This document shows positions 34,606-41,987 of a DNA stretch of 51,624 nt, piece after piece. How positions within the stretch are numbered: position 1 is the stretch's first letter; each line of letters opens with the position of its first letter. Location of the stretch: positions 1 to 51,624 of the IMG/VR virus record IMGVR_UViG_3300017963_000074. One strand, written 5' to 3'. Under the pieces are notes generated by a model. It saw nothing but the letters and a program-made list of their open reading frames with translations, was not told the DNA's origin and did no database searches. Source of the stretch: a virus. Taxonomy: Duplodnaviria > Caudoviricetes. A program made the translations under genes and the position numbers.

Positions 34606-35957
34606 AACTAAAGATAGTCTCCCTCGACAGCATAAAGGTAGGCGATCGTTTCAGGAAGGAATACAAGGACATCCCTAACCTCGTTGTCTCCATCTCCATA
34701 AATGGCCTCATCCAACCTCTCGCTGTCTCAGAAGGCAAGGATGGAACATACAACCTTCTTGCCGGCGGGAGAAGGTACATGGCCTGCCAGAAGGTAAAGA
34801 GTATCAGGGAGAAGGGAGTCCCTGTCCGGATCTATCCAGATAGTATAACAGAGAAAGATGCCCGTGCGATAGAACTGGCCGAGAATATAGATAGGGAGGA
34901 CCTCACCTGGCAGGAAGAGGTCGCTCTCAAGGCTGAAGTCCATCGCCTCCAGTGTGAGATACACGGACTTAAAAATACAAAGGAAGGAGAGGGATGGACA
35001 CAAGGGAAGACGGCCGAACTCTTCGGTGTCTCTCAAGCTAAAATATCCACCGACCTGGATCTGGCTGAGTTTGTGGAAGCTATCCCTGAACTCAAGGAAG
35101 CAAAGACAAAGGATGATGCTATAAAGGTGATGAAGAAAACTGTAAGGGATCATAAGAGAAGGAAGGTTGTAGAGGCTCTGAAGGAAGAGAGGGCAAAAAA
35201 ACCGGAGATGGCTCAGCAGGAGGAGTTGGTGAGAGGGTACAATATTGGAGACTTTCTCATTAAAGCTAAAGATATAGAGAAAGAATCTGTCAACCTGGTT
35301 GAGTTAGATCCTCCCTTCTCTATAAATCTGACGGATATAAAAAGGTACAAATCCCGCTTTGCTCAGTTGGTCAGTAGCTATGAAGAGAAGTCAACCGACA
35401 TCTATCCGGAATGGATAAAAGCTATTCTGCAAGAATCATATAGGATTCTCAAACCCAACAGCTGGCTTCTTTTGTGGTTTGCTCCTGATCCTTGGTTTGA
35501 ACTGATGCACAACATTGCCCAGTCAGTTGGCTTTGAAGGGAACAAAATCCCAGCTATCTGGGACAAGCTCCGCCCCGGCCAGTGCAACACCCCCAAGCGA
35601 TACCTCGCATCCTCCTACGAAATGTTCTTCTATTTCAGGAAGGGAGATGCTAGGATAGTAAAGGAGGGTAGAAGCAATGTCTATTCCTACCGACCCGTCC
35701 CGTCCCAACATAAGGAACATGCTACAGAAAAGCCGGTCGAGCTCTATGAAGATCTTCTGGCCACGTTCGTCACAGAGGGTGCGCATATCGCTTCGCCGTG
35801 TTTGGGAAGTGGGAATGTCCTCCTGGCGGCGAACAACTACAACTGTACAGGCTTCGGCTACGACACTTCGCAGACACATAAAGATGCATTTATTCTAAAG
35901 GTTCATGCGAGGAAGCCTGGGACCTATGCAAGCTATGATGAAAGGAGTAACACATGA
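34602..35957 (+). CDS. ParB/Srx-HTH domain fused to a beta-class amino DNA methyltransferase
   Basis: GLIQPLAV, LLAGGRRY, ELAENIDREDL, HTH (WTQGKTAELFGVSQ); then DPPF, YRILKP, HATEKPVEL and SPCLGSGN. Confidence 0.85.
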   Translation: MKLKIVSLDSIKVGDRFRKEYKDIPNLVVSISINGLIQPLAVSEGKDGTYNLLAGGRRYMACQKVKSIREKGVPVRIYPDSITEKDARAIELAENIDREDLTWQEEVALKAEVHRLQCEIHGLKNTKEGEGWTQGKTAELFGVSQAKISTDLDLAEFVEAIPELKEAKTKDDAIKVMKKTVRDHKRRKVVEALKEERAKKPEMAQQEELVRGYNIGDFLIKAKDIEKESVNLVELDPPFSINLTDIKRYKSRFAQLVSSYEEKSTDIYPEWIKAILQESYRILKPNSWLLLWFAPDPWFELMHNIAQSVGFEGNKIPAIWDKLRPGQCNTPKRYLASSYEMFFYFRKGDARIVKEGRSNVYSYRPVPSQHKEHATEKPVELYEDLLATFVTEGAHIASPCLGSGNVLLAANNYNCTGFGYDTSQTHKDAFILKVHARKPGTYASYDERSNT

Positions 35958-38419
35958 GTGTAATAGTCCCTCCCATTGGCCCTCTCGATGCAGATATCTG
36001 TCTGGTCGGAGAGGCTCCTGGGGAGGTGGAGGAAAGAAAGGGAGAACCATTTGTAGGGCCGGCCGGTCAGCTCCTCGATAAACTCCTCAAGGCAGCTGGT
36101 ATCCTCCGTCGGCAGTGTTACATCACCAACGTTATAAAGGTCAGGCCTCCCAACAATAAGATCTCGGAATATCTGAATCTCAAAGGAAAATACCCTGTCG
36201 AGACTGATCTTTATAAGGAACATAGGGATAACCTCAAAAAGGAGCTAGAGAAAGTAAAGAGCAATATCATCGTTACCTTAGGTCAGCCCGCCTTGTATGC
36301 TTTGACAGGCCACTACAATAAGATAACTGTCCGGCGGGGAAGTATGTATGACAGTACTCTCCTTCCTGGCCGGAAAGTTCTGGCGACTGCCCACCCGTCC
36401 TATGTCCTTCGTGGCAACTACTTCTTCCGCCACTTTATTGTCTTCGATCTTCTCAAGGCAAAGGAACAGGCTGCCTTTCCAGAACTCAAACTCCCCCAGC
36501 GGGATCTGATTGTATCCCCCTCCTTTGAACAGTGCACAAGTTTTCTGGATATGATCCTGGAGGATAAGCCTCTAACTGCCTTCGACATCGAGGTTTACAA
36601 CGAAGAGGTATCCTGTATCTCCTTCGCTCCCTCCTCCAAGGTTTCTATCTGCATCCCCTTCATCTACCGTGGAAAGGAATACTTCACTATCGACAAAGAG
36701 GCGTATATCTGGAGCCTCATTGCCAAGATTCTGGAGAGTAATTCTATCAAAAAGCTAGCACAGAATGGTATCTTTGATTCCTCCTTCCTATACCGCAGAT
36801 ATGGCATCCGGACGAGGAACTTCGACGACACTATGATCGGGCAGAACATAGTCACACCTGATTTCCCAAAGGGGTTGGACTTCATCTGTTCTGTCTATAC
36901 TGATGAACCATACTACAAAGACGAAGGAAAGAAATGGTTCTCCTTTGGTGAATCTGAGCTGGCCTTTTGGGAGTACAACGCTAAGGATAGTGCCGTCCTC
37001 CATGATGCCTGGCCGAAGATAGAGAAGAATATAAAGAGGTTTGGGAATGACCAGACCTATGAGAGACAGAACAAGCTGAATGAGATCCTCCTATTCATGC
37101 AGGAGAAGGGCATCCGGATGGATGTGGAGGGGATAAAGGAACAGTTCAAGAGGAATGAGACTGAGCTGGGAGAACTGGAGGAGAGGCTGAATAAGCTCTG
37201 TGGCTACGAGATCAACCACAACAGTCCAAAGCAACTCGCCCAATACTTCTACATTCAGAAGGGTATAAAGCCTTATATGAAGAAGGGTAGTATCACCACT
37301 GACGAGACGGCTATGATCCGGCTTGCTCGACGGGATTATGAGGAAGCTCAAATCATCCTCCGTCTTCGTCGCCTTACCAAGATGAACAGCAACTACTACA
37401 ACATCTCCAAGATCTCCTCCGACAACCGTCTCAGATGTTCATTCAACCCTGCTCGTACAAAGACCGGCAGGCTATCCTCCTCCGAAGATATCTTTGGGGA
37501 AGGCACTAACCTCCAGAACCAGCCTCACGAAGTCAAGCAATTCATGCTTGCTGATCCTGACCATCTGGCCTTTTCCATCGACCTTTCTCAAGCAGAGAAC
37601 AGAATCGTTGCTCACATCGCACCTGAACCCACAATGATCCAGGCCTTTGAAGAGGGAGATGTACACTCTCTAACTGCAGCTATGATAATGAAACGATACT
37701 ATCATGGCAAGATACCGGCCGGTATAACAGTCAGAAGCATCTCCCCGCTTGGTACAGGTGATCAGCCCTGGAGATTTTGGGGAAAGAAAGCTAACCACGG
37801 TCTTAACTACGGACAGGGTTATAAGAAGTTCGCTATCCAGAATCAACTAACCGAACCGGACTCCAAGCAGATTGTCAGCGGTTACTTCGAACTGTATCCA
37901 GGGATAAGAGCCTATCACAGATGGGTAGAAGATGATCTGAACAGGAACGACCGGATCCTTATGAACATGATGGGAAGAGTGAGAAAGTTCTTCGGAGCCT
38001 GGGGGCCGGATCTTTTCAATGAGGCATATAACTTCATCCCCCAAAGTACAGTTGGAGACATTATCAACGAGAGAGGGTTGATCTTTATCTACTATGACCA
38101 ACACCACTTCAAGGACGTAATCCTCCTCAACCAAATCCACGACAGTATTGAGTTCGAGATACCTGTATTGGCCGGCTTCGAGTACATGGCCCGCTCGATA
38201 AAAGCAATTGTCAAGAGTCTGGAGACTCCCATATCCTGGAGAGGACGGGAACTTATTATCCCTGCTGAAACCTGCTGTGGTCATAACCTCCTGGAACACA
38301 GCAAAGAGAATCCTCTTGGGATGAGAGAGCTAGACACAAAGCAACCATTAAAACAACTTGCATCCAACATAGAGAAAATCTATAGAGGTATAGAAGATGC
38401 AAAGCAGAAGGCTACCTGA
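35954..38419 (+). CDS. polA: Family A DNA polymerase with N-terminal family-4 uracil-DNA glycosylase-like domain and 3'-5' exonuclease
   Basis: UDG: VGEAPG, PFVGPAG, YITNV, HPSYVLR. Exo: FDIE, QNGIFD, YNAKD. Pol: TGRLSS, DLSQAE, KKANHGLNYG, IHDS. Confidence 0.93.
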   Translation: MSVIVPPIGPLDADICLVGEAPGEVEERKGEPFVGPAGQLLDKLLKAAGILRRQCYITNVIKVRPPNNKISEYLNLKGKYPVETDLYKEHRDNLKKELEKVKSNIIVTLGQPALYALTGHYNKITVRRGSMYDSTLLPGRKVLATAHPSYVLRGNYFFRHFIVFDLLKAKEQAAFPELKLPQRDLIVSPSFEQCTSFLDMILEDKPLTAFDIEVYNEEVSCISFAPSSKVSICIPFIYRGKEYFTIDKEAYIWSLIAKILESNSIKKLAQNGIFDSSFLYRRYGIRTRNFDDTMIGQNIVTPDFPKGLDFICSVYTDEPYYKDEGKKWFSFGESELAFWEYNAKDSAVLHDAWPKIEKNIKRFGNDQTYERQNKLNEILLFMQEKGIRMDVEGIKEQFKRNETELGELEERLNKLCGYEINHNSPKQLAQYFYIQKGIKPYMKKGSITTDETAMIRLARRDYEEAQIILRLRRLTKMNSNYYNISKISSDNRLRCSFNPARTKTGRLSSSEDIFGEGTNLQNQPHEVKQFMLADPDHLAFSIDLSQAENRIVAHIAPEPTMIQAFEEGDVHSLTAAMIMKRYYHGKIPAGITVRSISPLGTGDQPWRFWGKKANHGLNYGQGYKKFAIQNQLTEPDSKQIVSGYFELYPGIRAYHRWVEDDLNRNDRILMNMMGRVRKFFGAWGPDLFNEAYNFIPQSTVGDIINERGLIFIYYDQHHFKDVILLNQIHDSIEFEIPVLAGFEYMARSIKAIVKSLETPISWRGRELIIPAETCCGHNLLEHSKENPLGMRELDTKQPLKQLASNIEKIYRGIEDAKQKAT

Positions 38420-39581
38420 TTGGTATGACTCTTATATAGAGTACACAAAAGAGAGCGAGCCTCCTCCTCTCTACCATAAGTGGGTAGCCGTTTCTGTCAT
38501 TGCATCAGCGTTGCAAAGAAAGTGCTATCTCTTATGGGATGAGCCTACCTACCCCAATCTCTATGTTGTACTGGTAGGCCCGAGCGGTTGTAGGAAAGGA
38601 ACAGCTATGAGAGTTGGTAGGGGAATGTTGGACGAGATAGGTGCTACCCTCGCATCGGAGAGTGTGATAAGAGAGCAGCTAATTAATGAGCTAGAACAGG
38701 CAGGAGGTTCTTCACCTCTTGCAGATGGGACTCAGATCTCCCACTCCTCCATGACTATCTATTCCCCCGAACTCACAGTCTTCCTCGGCTATGATAAGAA
38801 GCAGTTGGTGATGGACCTCACTGACTGGTATGACTGCCATGATAGATGGAGATATTCAACTAAACATTCTGGTAAGAATGATATAAAGAATGTCTTTGTG
38901 AATTTGATAGGAGCTACAACCCCGGCCCTTTTACAGAGCACTATGACTAACGATGCTATTGGGGGAGGACTTACCAGCCGGATGATCTTTGCATATGCTG
39001 CGAAGAAGGGGAAAAGCATACCCTTTCCGTTTGCTATAAAGAAGAATGAAGTCCTCCACAAATCCCTCCTCGATGACCTCACAACTATCAGCCTTCTTGG
39101 TGGTAAGTTTAAAATAACAGATGCTTTTATAGAGCGCTGGGCACCTTTCTATCAAGAGGAGAATATCCAACAAATCTTTGATGACGATAGATTTGAAGGG
39201 TACATGCAAAGAAGAGCTAAACACATCCTCAAACTCTGTATGATATTCTCAGCATCCCGCTCGGAAGATATGTTGATAGACGTCCAGGACTTCGAACGTG
39301 CCCTTACCCTTCTCAAGGAAACAGAAAAAGTTATGTCCAAGGCCTTTGCAGGAATAGGTAAGAATGAGATGGCAGATGTTATGGAACGGGTGATGTCGCT
39401 TGTAGGGTTGGAAGGAAGGATAAAGTTTTCAGATATTGTAAAGCGCTTCTACTCCGACGCTAATGCAGATGAGATAGCTACCATTATCCGGACTATGCGG
39501 GCTATGGAGTTTGTAGAGACAAAGGTGGTTGGAGAGAAGAGTCAGGACTATTGGATTATTTATAAGGAGGAAAGGTCATGA
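38397..39581 (+). CDS. DUF3987/YfjI-like P-loop NTPase (putative replicative helicase)
   Basis: PNLYVVLVGPSGCRKGT, LTDWYD, IGATTP, GGLTSR; follows the polymerase gene. Confidence 0.75.
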   Translation: MQSRRLPDWYDSYIEYTKESEPPPLYHKWVAVSVIASALQRKCYLLWDEPTYPNLYVVLVGPSGCRKGTAMRVGRGMLDEIGATLASESVIREQLINELEQAGGSSPLADGTQISHSSMTIYSPELTVFLGYDKKQLVMDLTDWYDCHDRWRYSTKHSGKNDIKNVFVNLIGATTPALLQSTMTNDAIGGGLTSRMIFAYAAKKGKSIPFPFAIKKNEVLHKSLLDDLTTISLLGGKFKITDAFIERWAPFYQEENIQQIFDDDRFEGYMQRRAKHILKLCMIFSASRSEDMLIDVQDFERALTLLKETEKVMSKAFAGIGKNEMADVMERVMSLVGLEGRIKFSDIVKRFYSDANADEIATIIRTMRAMEFVETKVVGEKSQDYWIIYKEERS

Positions 39582-40786
39582 GAATCCTCTACATCCTAAT
39601 CGCTATTCTCCTCGTCCTCACTTTCATAAACTCTTCCACCTGGTACTACGACTACGACGAGTTCTCCCACTACCGCTCTCTGCAAAACATGCAGGACGAT
39701 TGGTGGTTTAACGCTTGGCAGAGGGGAGGCTTCAAGGCCCTCTACTACCCGTTCAAATCTCTCCCGTTGGACGGATTGAGATTCATCAATGCAGTGGCTC
39801 TCCTAATGGGCCTCTATCTCCTGTTTATTAAAAGACTCAGGAATCCGGACGGCATCTTCGTGGTCTTGTCCTCCCCTCTTGTTGTATCTATGGGCTATAG
39901 ATTCTATCCAGAGATAACTGCCTTTATCCTTATAGTGTACATCCTATACTTTCAATACCGAGACTGGCCTATACCTAGATTCCTCCTCATAGGCTATCTC
40001 CCTCTTATCCGCCCTGAACTTATAGTCCTCTGGCCTGTCATGGTTATGTATGACTGGCAGTTGTGGAGACGCAAATGGTGTTCAGCTATCATTCTCATTC
40101 CTGGCTTTCTGTACTGGGTAGCTTCTTGGATAGTCCTTGGCAGTCCGACAGCTATCCTCTCTACCTACACAGATGTAGCTTCCTCCTCTGCCCACTCCGG
40201 CTCCATTACCACCTATCTTGGCAACCTAGGTATGGCCTTTGGTATCTGGGGATTCATGGCATGGAGAGGATTTATTGTTCACAAGCTCCCACTCATTTCT
40301 GTCTCAGTCATAATTGCAGTCTATTCCCTCATGTACTGGGCGGGAGTAGGTAGCATTTGGGGATATGATAGGCACCTTATAATCCTCGCTCCGTTTATAG
40401 CAATGGGAGTTACCTTTATATCTCCTATGATATACAGAAAGATAGCTATAACCTGCGCCTTTATTGTAGCTCTCCTCGTAGGCAGGGCTGAACCTTCTGG
40501 TGAGATGCTTGTCATAGACAAGTTCGCTGACCAGCTTCCTCCATACAGCAAGATAGTCTGCCAACATCCTTATCTCAATCACACTCTCAACGTCCCGCTT
40601 ATAGACTCCAGACATGAGAGGATCAGTAGATGGAATGGCAAGCTTGGAAGTGGGGAGTATCTCATTTGGGATAGCCACAAGGCTGCTAGATACATCCCGC
40701 TGGATAGCCTTCGCTCAACCTACACAATAAAGGGAGGCCTTCAAGAAGGCAATTTCGCTATTGCTATAGCTGGTTTGAAAGAGTAA
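39578..40786 (+). CDS. GT-C fold polytopic membrane glycosyltransferase
   Basis: About 9-10 TM segments; acidic DYDE motif in the first external loop after TM1; IRPE and DRHLIILAP motifs; soluble C-terminal domain. Confidence 0.7.
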   Translation: MRILYILIAILLVLTFINSSTWYYDYDEFSHYRSLQNMQDDWWFNAWQRGGFKALYYPFKSLPLDGLRFINAVALLMGLYLLFIKRLRNPDGIFVVLSSPLVVSMGYRFYPEITAFILIVYILYFQYRDWPIPRFLLIGYLPLIRPELIVLWPVMVMYDWQLWRRKWCSAIILIPGFLYWVASWIVLGSPTAILSTYTDVASSSAHSGSITTYLGNLGMAFGIWGFMAWRGFIVHKLPLISVSVIIAVYSLMYWAGVGSIWGYDRHLIILAPFIAMGVTFISPMIYRKIAITCAFIVALLVGRAEPSGEMLVIDKFADQLPPYSKIVCQHPYLNHTLNVPLIDSRHERISRWNGKLGSGEYLIWDSHKAARYIPLDSLRSTYTIKGGLQEGNFAIAIAGLKE

Positions 40787-40857
40787 CGGGGGTAAATTTT
40801 TGTTAATATTGAACATAAATGTGATTTTTCAAAAAACCATGCCCACAAACCCAATAA

Positions 40858-40870
40858 AATCAACACGTTA
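40858..40870 (+). promoter_or_regulatory. IHF consensus site
   Basis: AATCAACACGTTA matches WATCAAN4TTR, with upstream A tracts, in an intergenic region. Confidence 0.4.
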
Positions 40871-40932
40871 CAAGCCCATTGCAGACTTTGCTTGTGGCGC
40901 GAAAAAATTTTACAAACCGGAGGAGGTCTGTC

Positions 40933-41175
40933 ATGAATGAGAAGGAGGATACAAAGGAACTAGCCAAATTCGCAGAGCTGGGAATGAAGTTTGCTGATAT
41001 GATAGATATTTTGTGGAGGTGGAAGGAACCTAATGCATACGCAAGGTATTCTTTCGTATCCAGCTTCTTCGGGGCGATATACGTTATGGTCGGGACAGTG
41101 AGGACCTGGAAACCTTTCTTTATAATGAGGGAGAAAAGGGAGATCACAATAAAAGTTATTCGCCGGTATCCCTAA
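40933..41175 (+). CDS. Hypothetical protein
   Basis: Start MNEKED at 40933 after GGAGGAGGT. Confidence 0.6.
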   Translation: MNEKEDTKELAKFAELGMKFADMIDILWRWKEPNAYARYSFVSSFFGAIYVMVGTVRTWKPFFIMREKREITIKVIRRYP

Positions 41176-41178
41176 CGT

Positions 41179-41193
41179 TTTCAAAATTTGAAA
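41179..41193. promoter_or_regulatory. Palindromic site 6
   Basis: TTTCAAAATTTGAAA in a 34-bp gap, adjoining the TAAGGAG RBS. Confidence 0.6.
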
Positions 41194-41209
41194 ATATAAG
41201 GAGATAAAA

Positions 41210-41668
41210 ATGTCATCTGACGCAATGAAAGAAGCTCTCAAGAAAATTGCAGAGCTGGCGGAGGAAGGGAGTGAAATTAGAAAGATAGCTATGATGTCCA
41301 TAGACGAGGAGTACATGGATGCCTGCGATGCCTTGCATACTCTGTTCTGTGCCAAGGATCACGAGGACACTTGTAAGTACCTAAAAGAAGAGCAGATATC
41401 CTCTACCTGGTTCAGAGAGACTCACAGACAGTGGCTAGGAATAACAGAGGCACTGTTCTCATCTCTTGGCCTAACTACCTTTCAGGATATAAAGACAGCA
41501 ATGGAAGCCCTTGCAGAAGTGGCCTCTATTGTTGATCCACTTCCATATCCTAAGTTCAAGCTCATAGAAGCTCTTATTATACATATAGGGAGGTCATACA
41601 ATGAAGAAAGCACTTCTAATGTGTCTGCTTCTATCCACAACCTGCTTAGCGCAGCTCGGTACTATTGA
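41210..41668 (+). CDS. Hypothetical protein with possible metal site
   Basis: 152 aa; LHTLFC..DH...C.Y..E. Confidence 0.7.
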   Translation: MSSDAMKEALKKIAELAEEGSEIRKIAMMSIDEEYMDACDALHTLFCAKDHEDTCKYLKEEQISSTWFRETHRQWLGITEALFSSLGLTTFQDIKTAMEALAEVASIVDPLPYPKFKLIEALIIHIGRSYNEESTSNVSASIHNLLSAARYY

Positions 41669-41987
41669 TGATCCTTACCAGGTCGCCTTCGGAGATACCA
41701 TTATTGTCCAGTGGGACAAACCCGCAGCTGGCCCGACAGTGAGATGGTACAAACTCTACTACAACGACGGGACTATGAATATCACCACCTGGTATACCCA
41801 AGGAGATACCATCCAGTACGCTCCTGCTATTGCCTATCTTTCTGTTGACATTCATAGGATGTGGTTGACAGCTGGAAATAATGCAGGTGAATCTGACCCC
41901 TCGAACTCAGTCTATGTAAATGTAACAGAGGCAGCACCAGGGCCACCTCTATTACGTAAGCTCATTATCAAAAAGAGAGAGTACTAA
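41601..41987 (+). CDS. Exported fibronectin type III domain protein
   Basis: MKKALLMCLLLSTTCLA|Q signal; VQWDKP, YKLYY, LTAGNNAGESDPSNSV Fn3 signature. Confidence 0.75.
   Translation: MKKALLMCLLLSTTCLAQLGTIDDPYQVAFGDTIIVQWDKPAAGPTVRWYKLYYNDGTMNITTWYTQGDTIQYAPAIAYLSVDIHRMWLTAGNNAGESDPSNSVYVNVTEAAPGPPLLRKLIIKKREY

Noticed and set aside
34602-35200. ParB as evidence of a plasmid-prophage partition system
   Set aside because: No ParA, Rep or repressor was recognised, and ParB-MTase fusions are common in phages. Lifestyle remains undetermined.
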